Of a stretch of 64,000 bases of DNA, positions 18,031 through 26,641 are shown in pieces; position 1 is the stretch's first letter; each line of letters begins with the position of its first letter. Source of the DNA: a virus; the IMG/VR virus record IMGVR_UViG_3300032307_000797; one strand, 5' to 3'. Position numbers and translations under genes: made by a program. Under the pieces are notes generated by a model, which worked only from the letters and a program-made list of their open reading frames with translations, made no database searches and had not been told where the DNA came from.

Positions 18031-18317
18031 TAATTCAACTTACCTTCTAATGTCTTTATTTCATTGTCGATTTGAGTTTGTCTGTTGACATCTAAGATTT
18101 TTCTATCTGTTGATTGAATCATTCTCTTCTCTGCCTTCAAACCTTCAATCTGTAAACGAAGATTTAACTCTTCTTTTGTGTAGGTGGAATCTTTAATCGT
18201 TTGAACTTCTTTTCTCATTTTAGATAGTTCTCTTCCATCACCACAGCTCTTGAAAAACCCAAGTAGGGCAATAGCAAGAACAATTACTGTAAAGTTATTT
18301 TGTACGAACTTTTTCAT
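18030..18317 (-). CDS. Membrane-anchored or lipoprotein-like coiled-coil protein (spanin-like?)
   Basis: Hydrophobic N-terminus ending FFKSCG, then coiled coil; late motif at 18330-18337. Confidence 0.6.
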   Translation of the reverse strand: MKKFVQNNFTVIVLAIALLGFFKSCGDGRELSKMRKEVQTIKDSTYTKEELNLRLQIEGLKAEKRMIQSTDRKILDVNRQTQIDNEIKTLEGKLN

Positions 18318-18328
18318 AATTTTTTATT

Positions 18329-19138
18329 TTATAAATAGTTTAGTAATCCATAACTATCGTTTCTCAGCTTTTTAAGTGCCTTGTCACGTAGTTGTCTGAT
18401 TCGTTCTTTGGTACATCCAAATTGTTCTCCAAGGTCCTCGAGATTCATCTCCACTCCCGTCAAACCATATGATTTTTCAATAATCACTTTTTCTCTATCA
18501 TCTAAGATTGACAACATCATATCAACTCTCTTCTTTACCTCAGCAGGAGTATTGAGTAGTGCTTCAGGGTCATCAGCGTCTCTATTAATGATAATGTCAA
18601 TTAGAGTATCTCCCTCTTCATTGATTTCATCACTTAGGTTTACACAGTGAGGTAAAACAAACTCTCGGCCAGTATCATCGTAGTTAATGAAGAATTGGTC
18701 ATCCTTTGGTTGTTCATTTTTCTGTTTCTTCTGATTTTCCTGAATGATGTTTGATGGTAACCGAATCATTCTAGCATTCTCGTTTAAAGATGCCATGATT
18801 GATTGTTTCACCCACCACACTGCATAGGAAATAAATTTAAACCCACTTTTGGGGTCAAATCTTTCTGCTGCTTTCATAAGACCAATATTACCCTCAGATA
18901 TCAAATCCATGATATCCATACCTTGTCCTTGGTATAATTTGGCAACGGTGATTACAAAACGAAGATTACCCACAACGAGTTCGTCGAGTAACTTCTGTTT
19001 TTCTGTTTTGGTAATGTCTTTTCGGATTAACTCCTTAAAAATCTCATCTTGTCTTTCGTGTGAGATTACCTTGATTTTACGGATGTCTTTGATGTACTGT
19101 TGTATCTCCTCCGTATTAATGAGAATAGATTTTGCCAT
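18329..19138 (-). CDS. RNA polymerase sigma-70 factor, Bacteroidota SigA-like
   Basis: NLRFVITVAK, DLISEGNIGLMKAAERFD...GFKFISYAVWW, IRLP, region 4 TKERIRQLRDKALKKLR. Confidence 0.95.
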   Translation of the reverse strand: MAKSILINTEEIQQYIKDIRKIKVISHERQDEIFKELIRKDITKTEKQKLLDELVVGNLRFVITVAKLYQGQGMDIMDLISEGNIGLMKAAERFDPKSGFKFISYAVWWVKQSIMASLNENARMIRLPSNIIQENQKKQKNEQPKDDQFFINYDDTGREFVLPHCVNLSDEINEEGDTLIDIIINRDADDPEALLNTPAEVKKRVDMMLSILDDREKVIIEKSYGLTGVEMNLEDLGEQFGCTKERIRQLRDKALKKLRNDSYGLLNYL

Positions 19139-19180
19139 TATATAGTTGTTTCGGTTTACTATAAAGGTAACAAAAATATT

Positions 19181-19645
19181 CTAATTTTCAAAGTTATCCA
19201 AGAACTTTTTTTCATCCTCGGTTAAACTTTCAATACCGTACTGTTCAATCTTCTCTAAAATGACATCAAGGTCTAAGTCAGAAGTCATGACTCTATCCTC
19301 CGCAACATCCTGTTTTTCGTACTCTATACGTAATGATGTGCGGTCTTCTTTAGGTTTGAAAATAAAATCTTTCATCTGCACCGGTAAATTGGCGCTGTAG
19401 ATAGATTCTTTCTCAAAAAGAAAATAAAACTTCACAATATCACTAGTTAGGATACTGTGAAGTTCTTCAGATAATTCTCTTCGAGCCAAATCTGACTCAA
19501 ATATAACAATTATATTTTTATTATTTTCAATAACAAAACGAACCGATTTAACTGCGGGACTGTTACCGAGGATTTCGGAACAAAAAAAATCTACATCCTC
19601 ATGGTCTTCAAATATTCCGTATAAAAATAATAAAAATGTCTTCAC
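19181..19645 (-). CDS. Hypothetical protein with DUF6576-like C-terminus
   Basis: DLDVILEKIEQYGIESLTEDEKKFL. Confidence 0.7.
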   Translation of the reverse strand: MKTFLLFLYGIFEDHEDVDFFCSEILGNSPAVKSVRFVIENNKNIIVIFESDLARRELSEELHSILTSDIVKFYFLFEKESIYSANLPVQMKDFIFKPKEDRTSLRIEYEKQDVAEDRVMTSDLDLDVILEKIEQYGIESLTEDEKKFLDNFEN

Positions 19646-19647
19646 TA

Positions 19648-20076
19648 TTACTTAATAATTAATAAGGTTGTTAAAGCTAAAATTGCGGTACCACCAAGGA
19701 AACTCTTGAATTTGTTTTTTACTTTTTCCTTCTTGAGTTGAAGTTCTACCGACTTCGTATAATTTTCTAAAACCCCAAACTTTTGTTCATGTGCAACAAT
19801 GATAGTTTTGTAATTTTCTTCCTTTTGTTGCATGGTTACGATTACACTATCCTTCAATGCAACTTTCTCTTCTAATTTAGAAATTTCTTCGTTTGCTAAT
19901 TTTAGTTCTGCCATTGCGGAATCACCTTTTAGAAGGTCTTGTGCGATTTTCTTAAAGGTTGAGACAGGTAAACATTTTACCGGTTCAGGAGTTGGTTCTT
20001 TCTTACTTGTATCTGTCTGAGAAAAAGCCGTCAAGCTCAGGTTCAGTAAAATTGCCAGCGCGATTAATTTTTTCAT
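19648..20076 (-). CDS. Exported coiled-coil protein with C-terminal TM (spanin-like?)
   Basis: Signal peptide MKKLIALAILLNLSLTAFS|Q, coiled coil, C-terminal hydrophobic helix. Confidence 0.7.
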   Translation of the reverse strand: MKKLIALAILLNLSLTAFSQTDTSKKEPTPEPVKCLPVSTFKKIAQDLLKGDSAMAELKLANEEISKLEEKVALKDSVIVTMQQKEENYKTIIVAHEQKFGVLENYTKSVELQLKKEKVKNKFKSFLGGTAILALTTLLIIK

Positions 20077-20395
20077 GATAAATTTCTTTTACAACTGTTT
20101 TTTGTCCTTTTATCTTGTCAATGTCTTTATCGACCTCAACAATCTCTTCGTTAATACCATCGATTTTATCATCCAAAATTTGTTGATTTTTGTTCATTTC
20201 CATAATCAACACATTTAATGAATCAATCTTAGCTTTCTCCTCTACTGACATATTCATTTTCGGAGTTAAAACGAACATCATCCAATACAATACAAATAAA
20301 CCAAACAATACTGAAAGGATTATTTTGTAATGTTTTACTACAAAAGAACCCGTGTTTTTTAGGTTCTCAGAAGCGTTTTTTACTTTGTCATTCAT
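20003..20395 (-). CDS. Single-TM coiled-coil protein (i-spanin-like?)
   Basis: N-proximal TM helix then coiled coil; overlaps the next gene by 74 nt. Confidence 0.7.
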   Translation of the reverse strand: MNDKVKNASENLKNTGSFVVKHYKIILSVLFGLFVLYWMMFVLTPKMNMSVEEKAKIDSLNVLIMEMNKNQQILDDKIDGINEEIVEVDKDIDKIKGQKTVVKEIYHEKINRAGNFTEPELDGFFSDRYK

Positions 20396-20408
20396 AATTT
20401 TATTTTAT

Positions 20409-20416
20409 TATAAATA
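20409..20416 (-). promoter_or_regulatory. Putative late promoter TATTTATA
   Basis: 14 nt upstream of ATG 20395, immediately after the clpP terminator. Confidence 0.65.
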
Positions 20417-20420
20417 TGAC

Positions 20421-20444
20421 AAAAGGGGGTTAATTCACCCCCTT
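20421..20444 (-). terminator. Intrinsic terminator after clpP
   Basis: Minus strand AAGGGGGT-GAATTA-ACCCCCTTTT. Confidence 0.8.
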
Positions 20445-20447
20445 AAA

Positions 20448-21110
20448 TTACTTCTTCTTACGGACAATCTCGTCGATAATACCATAGTTTAGAGCATCTT
20501 CAGCAGATAACCAAAGGTCTCGAGACGCGTCATTTTTGACTTGTTCTGCGGATTTTCCACAATACCCACCAAGTAATTCAAAAAGGATATCGTTCAGTTT
20601 TTTCCACTCAACCATATCAATTTCTGCATCTTGGATATTACCTCTGAAACCACCTGAAGATTGGTGTAACATCGTTCTTGAGAAACGAAGTGAACATCTC
20701 TTACCCTTAGTACCTGCACCAAGTAGGATAGAACCCATTGATGCAGCCATTCCTGTGTTAACCGTTCTAATATCTGAATTGATGTAATCCATAACATCAA
20801 CCATAGATAAACCTGATTTAACTGAACCACCGGGACTGTCGATATGCATGGTGATATCGTTGTTATCAATACTATCCAAGAACATAAGTTGTGCTTGAAC
20901 AACTGTTGACATTGAATCGTTCACCTCACCGGCAACCCATATGATTCTTTCCATCATCAAACGTGAGAACACATCCATTGCGGTCACATTAAGTTGTCTC
21001 TCCTCAAGGATATATGGTGTCATACTATCTTCAATACGTTGATTGTAGTAGTGTAAATTCATTCCGCTAATACCTCTGTCCTTAGCAAATAATTTGAAAT
21101 CTCTATTCAT
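20448..21110 (-). CDS. clpP: ATP-dependent Clp protease proteolytic subunit
   Basis: MDVFSRLMMERII, IDSPGGSV, GMAASMGS (catalytic Ser), MLHQ (His), RDLWLSAEDALNYGIID. Confidence 0.97.
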   Translation of the reverse strand: MNRDFKLFAKDRGISGMNLHYYNQRIEDSMTPYILEERQLNVTAMDVFSRLMMERIIWVAGEVNDSMSTVVQAQLMFLDSIDNNDITMHIDSPGGSVKSGLSMVDVMDYINSDIRTVNTGMAASMGSILLGAGTKGKRCSLRFSRTMLHQSSGGFRGNIQDAEIDMVEWKKLNDILFELLGGYCGKSAEQVKNDASRDLWLSAEDALNYGIIDEIVRKKK

Positions 21111-21148
21111 GTGTATGGTTTTTTTAAAAATACGAAAATTATGTCTTA

Positions 21149-23491
21149 TTACGAAATCTTGGGTGTGATAAAATCGATTGAACTTACGTTATCCTCTTTC
21201 TTAACCATCACCAAATTATCAGACCAGTTTCTGATTAATGTGTTGTGTGAGATAACAAAGATGTGGTCAAAGTATGATTTAATCTTTTTGAAGAACTCTC
21301 CAACCATTTCCAAGTTTTCATCGGCAATTTTACCGAACACTTCATCCATTACCACAATGTTTGGTTTAGGTAATGATGAAATTTTACTCAGTACACTTCT
21401 AAGTGCCAATGATGAGATTGTTCTCTCATATCCTGAACCTGAATTCAATGGTTTAACCACCCTTGTCTCAGTATCAATCATTACAAATTCTACTTCGTTC
21501 TTCTCAGTTACATTCAACTCTAAGATAAAGTAACAACTATCAACCAATAAACGATAAAGCTCCTGATTGATAAGTGGAACCATATTCTTTAAGATGACTT
21601 TTGAAATACCATTCTTACCAAACACAGTTAGATACACTTTAAAGATTGCTTGTGCTTCATTCTCCGCTTTAATTTTCTTGATTAAATCCTGATTGATTTT
21701 AATCTTGTCATTTAAAACGATGATATTACTCTTTAATCTTTCAATACTTGTATTGGTCACACGGATGTTTGCATTTGCCGTTTCAATCTGAGTTTTCAAA
21801 GCAGTAATCTCAGAATCGATTCTTACGTTCTCGTCCAATCTCTGTTTGTTACGGTCATAGTTATCCAACTTAACTTGGATTTTGTCGATTTCCGTTTGTT
21901 TTTGCTCCGCTTCAAGTTCGTATCGTGCCTTCTTTAATTTGTTCTTCTCATACTCATCGTACTCTCTTTTCAAATTTGAAAACACTTTTTCTCGTTCATT
22001 TACTTCGGTAAGTTTGTTTTCATTTTGTTTTTGAATTTCTTTGAGTTTTACAATCTCATCTTTAATCTTATTGATTTCCTCAGTGTGGTCAACTTGGTCC
22101 AATGCGCGATTACAAGTTGGGCAGATAGAACCTTTTTCTAATTGTTCTACCAGATTTTCTTGTCTTCTAATTGTATCAGCATTAACTCGACCTTCAACGA
22201 TTATTCCGTTTACCTCTGATTTAACCTTTTCGTGGTCTTCTTCAAGATAATATTGTGAAGGTTCTTTTACGTCCACCAAATTAGCGGCACTTACCGACGT
22301 ATTCTTTGCGTTGGTGAGTGTCTCAATGTCCCTTCTTAATTGGTCGGGATTTGTTCTAATAAGTTCTTGGTCAATATCGTTGTTCCTCCTTCTTAAAGCA
22401 TCTTCCTTTTTAGATTCGAGTTCTTTAAGACTTGTTTCGTTTGTCTTTAATATCCCCTCTTGGGTTATGATTTGATTTTCAGAATCTGTGATTTGTTCTG
22501 TAAAGGTTTCAATCTCCGTTTCCAACTGAATGGTGTTGTATTGGTTAGAAACGAGTTTCTTACTCCATTCACTTTGTATGTTTTTACAAATCTCTTCTTT
22601 TTGTTTTAGTGTTTCTAAACCTAAGAACTTGGTTAAGATTTGACCTCTCGCAGTTGGTTTGGATTCTATCAATTCCTCCAAGTTATATCCGGTGGTTAAG
22701 ATGGTTGATAAGAAATCTTCTTTATCACCAATAGCGGATGATATGAATACTTCTGTTTCTCTTCTTTGTTCACCATTTAAGTTCTCAACTGTACCATCAG
22801 GATTTACTCTATAGAATTCAAGAGAGTTAGTTACATTGTAATCTCCACTCTTGGTTTTCTTACGTACACACTTTCTTTCAATAACATAATCATCACCATC
22901 AATTGTTACATAACCTTTTACGTGTATTGTATCAACATCAGTGAATCTATTGAATATCTCAATATTAGTTTTTGTCTTTGTTGTTTCATTAAAAAATAGG
23001 AACATCAACAAGTCCACAGTTGCGGTTGATTTACCACCAAAATTCTTGGGTGTTGATTCCACCACAGTAATACCGGGTAAATCTGTAAAATCAATTACAT
23101 TGTTTTCGCCATAAGATAAAAAGTTAGAGAACTCAATTTTCTTAACATACCATTTGTTATATCTAACCTTACTACCACTCTTACTCAATAAATCCTCGTT
23201 AACTTTATTATCAAGTTTGTCAATACGGTCCCAACTAATGTCAATACCATTCTCTTCGATGAATTCTTTCATCAAAGTTTTTTGGTAATCGAAATCTGAA
23301 ATATTCTCAGCAATATCCAATGACTTTAATTTGGTTTGTTCCGTATTTGAAACAACCTTCGTTACAATTTGAACATGCTTAGTGTTATACTTCTTTTGGA
23401 AGTACGATTTAACTCTACTGATTTTCTCTGAGGTAAAATTCTCAGGTGTGTCTTGCCAAGTGACCTTGATGTATGGATTAACGTATGCCAT
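21149..23491 (-). CDS. SbcC/Rad50 (gp46-like) recombination ATPase with N-terminal extension
   Basis: KKIEFSNFLSYG near aa 117, NFGGKST, zinc hook CPTC, signature SGSGYE, Walker B VVMDEVFG, ISH. Confidence 0.92.
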   Translation of the reverse strand: MAYVNPYIKVTWQDTPENFTSEKISRVKSYFQKKYNTKHVQIVTKVVSNTEQTKLKSLDIAENISDFDYQKTLMKEFIEENGIDISWDRIDKLDNKVNEDLLSKSGSKVRYNKWYVKKIEFSNFLSYGENNVIDFTDLPGITVVESTPKNFGGKSTATVDLLMFLFFNETTKTKTNIEIFNRFTDVDTIHVKGYVTIDGDDYVIERKCVRKKTKSGDYNVTNSLEFYRVNPDGTVENLNGEQRRETEVFISSAIGDKEDFLSTILTTGYNLEELIESKPTARGQILTKFLGLETLKQKEEICKNIQSEWSKKLVSNQYNTIQLETEIETFTEQITDSENQIITQEGILKTNETSLKELESKKEDALRRRNNDIDQELIRTNPDQLRRDIETLTNAKNTSVSAANLVDVKEPSQYYLEEDHEKVKSEVNGIIVEGRVNADTIRRQENLVEQLEKGSICPTCNRALDQVDHTEEINKIKDEIVKLKEIQKQNENKLTEVNEREKVFSNLKREYDEYEKNKLKKARYELEAEQKQTEIDKIQVKLDNYDRNKQRLDENVRIDSEITALKTQIETANANIRVTNTSIERLKSNIIVLNDKIKINQDLIKKIKAENEAQAIFKVYLTVFGKNGISKVILKNMVPLINQELYRLLVDSCYFILELNVTEKNEVEFVMIDTETRVVKPLNSGSGYERTISSLALRSVLSKISSLPKPNIVVMDEVFGKIADENLEMVGEFFKKIKSYFDHIFVISHNTLIRNWSDNLVMVKKEDNVSSIDFITPKIS

Positions 23492-24009
23492 TATTTCTTT
23501 TTCTTTTGTAAAACCCAGTTGTTTTCAACTAAGTCATAGGTTTGTACATCTTTTTCTTTGAAGGACATCCATCTTTCAACTTCGGTGCTGTTGTTTGGTT
23601 GGAATGTCGTCCACATGATTTTGTTTCTGTTTTTTACTGTTGTTGGTTTTATCACAATCGCCTGTGTAAAATCTTTGTTGGTACGAATAAACAAATTTTT
23701 TTTCTTATTTGGTAATAAAACTTCATTTATTTTATCATACCAGTATTTTGTCTTTCTGATTGGGATGTTTATTGTTCTGACTCCAAGATTACTAATTAAA
23801 GAATACTTTTCGTTGGACCAAAAGTCACCTTCCCATCCACCACCTTCCATTTCGGCTCCGAAATTGGGGTCATCAGGACTAATAAGGTCAATTGCCGTCT
23901 TATTTGGGTGTGAAATAAATTCGTAACCGAATACTTCTTTACTAAACTTGATACCGAATTCTCTAACAGGTGTGTCATCAAAATTTCTTCTAATAAAAGC
24001 CATTAACAA
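23491..24009 (-). CDS. Hypothetical protein, possible PD-(D/E)XK-like nuclease
   Basis: AIDLI...GAEMEGG.W pattern; basic; the ORF is solid but the function is weak. Confidence 0.5.
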   Translation of the reverse strand: MLMAFIRRNFDDTPVREFGIKFSKEVFGYEFISHPNKTAIDLISPDDPNFGAEMEGGGWEGDFWSNEKYSLISNLGVRTINIPIRKTKYWYDKINEVLLPNKKKNLFIRTNKDFTQAIVIKPTTVKNRNKIMWTTFQPNNSTEVERWMSFKEKDVQTYDLVENNWVLQKKKK

Positions 24010-24037
24010 TAAAATATACTATCCACTCTTAGGTGGT

Positions 24038-24346
24038 TTATTTGAGTCTGCTCTCTTCGAAGAACTCAATTATGGCGTTTATCGCCCAAACTGCACCCGC
24101 AGTAAACATTCCGTCAAAGAAAATTGCCGGTAACCAGTGTATCCCATATGATGTTGTCAATCCACCTAAGAAAATTGACATAAAGAAACCAACCCAAGTA
24201 GATGTACACAAAGTACAACTAATCAATTCTCCAAAGAATTTTGATTTAGTTTTAATCCATTGTCGTTGGTTCTCAAAAATGGAACCCCAAACTAAAATCG
24301 ATGTCATTCCATATCCAATGAATGACCATAAAATAATTGATGCCAT
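24038..24346 (-). CDS. DUF1360-like membrane protein
   Basis: GELISCTLCTSTWVGF motif between TM helices. Confidence 0.75.
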   Translation of the reverse strand: MASIILWSFIGYGMTSILVWGSIFENQRQWIKTKSKFFGELISCTLCTSTWVGFFMSIFLGGLTTSYGIHWLPAIFFDGMFTAGAVWAINAIIEFFEESRLK

Positions 24347-24360
24347 ATAAAAACGTTTTA

Positions 24361-24381
24361 TAAAAATATACGAAAAAAAAA
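24361..24381 (-). promoter_or_regulatory. Putative early/middle promoter
   Basis: Minus strand TTTTTTTTTCGTATATTTTTA. Confidence 0.6.
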
Positions 24382-24394
24382 TGATGATTCCAAA

Positions 24395-25000
24395 TTAATC
24401 ATCATACAGTGATGACATATCACTATTACGCATCATTCTACCTTTTTTACCAAACGCTTCGAGAGATTTTGTGATTGTGTCGAGTTGTTCCTTTAGATTT
24501 TTATTCTCTTCGGATAAACGATTTATTTCATCGTTATTGATTACTTCTTTAATCACCTCAACAGGTACCTGAACTTCCTTTATGATTTCAACGGGTACCT
24601 CGACTTTAACTTCTTTAATTACTTCTTTGGTTATTACTTGAGTTTTGCCCTTGATTTCAATTGGGACTTCTTTAACCACTTCAACGGGGACCTCTTTAAT
24701 AACTTCTTTAATGATTTCGACGGGAACTTCTTTGACAACCTCTTTGATAACTTCGACAGGTACTTCAACCTTTTTCTCCACGATTTTTTCAACCTCTTTA
24801 ATAATCTCTTTTTCAACTATAATTTCCTTTTCAATTATTTTAGGTTCCGATTTTGCACCTGTCGGTGTCTCCCCAAACTTCAATAACGAAAACCCCCTAT
24901 CGAAAACTTGTTTAGCAAGTTTCTCGGGGTCTTTAATTTCATTCAGTTCACAATACTGAAGAAACTCGTTATCTAACGTTAAGGAGGTTTTCTTCTTCAT
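24395..25000 (-). CDS. VPVE(V/I)IKE repeat protein
   Basis: About 100 aa of KEV(P)VE(V/I)IKE repeats followed by coiled coil. Confidence 0.8.
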   Translation of the reverse strand: MKKKTSLTLDNEFLQYCELNEIKDPEKLAKQVFDRGFSLLKFGETPTGAKSEPKIIEKEIIVEKEIIKEVEKIVEKKVEVPVEVIKEVVKEVPVEIIKEVIKEVPVEVVKEVPIEIKGKTQVITKEVIKEVKVEVPVEIIKEVQVPVEVIKEVINNDEINRLSEENKNLKEQLDTITKSLEAFGKKGRMMRNSDMSSLYDD

Positions 25001-25772
25001 TTTCTATGTCTGAGATATCAGATATTGAGAAGTGTAAAAATGGTTGTTCGTTCTTTATGTCATGAGTGGTGTATTCATTTGTTTCCACATCGTACATACC
25101 ATATCCATGGTAGTTTACCGTTTCACCAAAGTTTTGTTGGATTAGTGAACCAATCATAACCGCTTTACCTCCACCGGGTAATTCAAACATTTGTCTTTTA
25201 TGGATATCACCACAAAGAAGTAAATCCAAATCAACAAAGTTTAATGGTGAGAACGCATTATCAAATTCAAATCCCAAATCGGTTGATAAACCTTGAATTG
25301 GTCCATGGAATAACCCAACGTAAAATCCTTCTCCTTTGGTGTATTCAGGTTTTTGATTATGTTCATATAAGGAGTATACTACCCAATTGATATTGTCGTC
25401 TTCATATACACCACTGTTTTTATAGTACTTGATATCCTCATGGTTTAATAATTCAACCACGGGAGTAATACTATCTAAACGTTGTACGTTATTTTCCAAG
25501 AAATCGTGGTTACCGGGAATGATAACTACCTTACCAATAATATCCGCAAGTTCTTTAATGAACCAAGAGGTTAACATCATTTGTTCATTAGAGATATTAA
25601 TCTTTTGATGCGCAATGTCACCAGCGATTACCACTCTTATCTCACGATAATCATAATCCAAAACTTGTTTCTTTAAATCCTCTAAAAGCAATTCAAATTG
25701 TCTTCTGTACATATCATGATACTGATAGGTACGAATGTGTAAATCGGCAATGTGTATAATTTTTTTTATCAT
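24969..25772 (-). CDS. SbcD/Mre11 (gp47-like) metallophosphoesterase nuclease, short form
   Basis: IHIADLH, IAGDIAH, PGNHD, LFHG, GDIH, GSLIQQNFGE. Confidence 0.92.
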   Translation of the reverse strand: MIKKIIHIADLHIRTYQYHDMYRRQFELLLEDLKKQVLDYDYREIRVVIAGDIAHQKINISNEQMMLTSWFIKELADIIGKVVIIPGNHDFLENNVQRLDSITPVVELLNHEDIKYYKNSGVYEDDNINWVVYSLYEHNQKPEYTKGEGFYVGLFHGPIQGLSTDLGFEFDNAFSPLNFVDLDLLLCGDIHKRQMFELPGGGKAVMIGSLIQQNFGETVNYHGYGMYDVETNEYTTHDIKNEQPFLHFSISDISDIENEEENLLNVR

Positions 25773-26641
25773 TTCTTCATGTATTTTTTAATGTCCATTT
25801 TTAAAATTGCTTGGGTAACTTCATACGGTACTTTATATTCTTCAAATGTACCATCATCTTTTAATAATACAACAACACAACCTAATAATTTTAAATCACT
25901 AAATTTTGTACCTTGTAACATCTTCGTTAATAGTTTACCATATAATGGTAATTGTAAGTAATAGTGACCAAGTGCAGTGTCGTGATAATTCTCAAATGGG
26001 TGTAACATTCTACCAGTGTATGGTTGAATTTTAAAATTTTTTGGTTGATTTGTTTTCCAATCAGTAATCACAATTCCGAAACCATCTTGTAGTTTATTCA
26101 TCATCAACCAAATCTTATCAGGTTGCCCTGTGTAACCCAATTCAGGGTCACCTAACACCATTTCGGTGTCAAGTAAGATTGCGTTTCTTTCAACCATTAA
26201 ATCAAGAAATTTACTTCCCGCTTCAATCATCTTATCACTCTTAACAATCTGAGTATGGTCACATTCAAAGATGGGTTCCCTCACATCTTTATATGAACCA
26301 TAACGAGCAATTGTTTCTGTCTCCAACAAATAGTGAACTCTACTACCCATGTTGGTCGAGTATTCGCCTGACTTCTTCCATTGTTCAAGAAGTGCTTGTT
26401 GTTTCTCCACATTTCCTTTCGACATCTCCAATGCTTTACCTTCGGCATCAAATGGGGTGTAGAAATTTTTTATGACTTTTGAAACCGATGGAAAGTTATT
26501 TCTTAATTTTCCATCTGTGTCCCTCATATAATATATGTGGTCCTCCTCAATGAAGGTTAATTCAAGTTCCTGTCTCTTAACGTCAAGTACTTCTCTTATT
26601 TCTTCTGAAATTTTCGCTAAATCCATTATATTTTTAATCAA
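25769..26641 (-). CDS. PD-(D/E)XK (RecB/Cas4-like) exonuclease
   Basis: PSVSKVI, GSRVH, GQPD, ITDWKT, YYLQLPLY. Confidence 0.85.
   Translation of the reverse strand: MIKNIMDLAKISEEIREVLDVKRQELELTFIEEDHIYYMRDTDGKLRNNFPSVSKVIKNFYTPFDAEGKALEMSKGNVEKQQALLEQWKKSGEYSTNMGSRVHYLLETETIARYGSYKDVREPIFECDHTQIVKSDKMIEAGSKFLDLMVERNAILLDTEMVLGDPELGYTGQPDKIWLMMNKLQDGFGIVITDWKTNQPKNFKIQPYTGRMLHPFENYHDTALGHYYLQLPLYGKLLTKMLQGTKFSDLKLLGCVVVLLKDDGTFEEYKVPYEVTQAILKMDIKKYMKK

Noticed and set aside
21111-24350. Plus-strand ORFs 21111..21533, 23558..23926 and 24033..24350 (and likewise 58891..59409)
   Set aside because: Antisense to well-supported minus-strand genes and lacking recognisable motifs
25769-26641. Cas4-like nuclease as evidence of CRISPR-Cas
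   Set aside because: No Fe-S cysteine cluster, no other cas genes and no repeat-spacer array; it sits in a normal replication context
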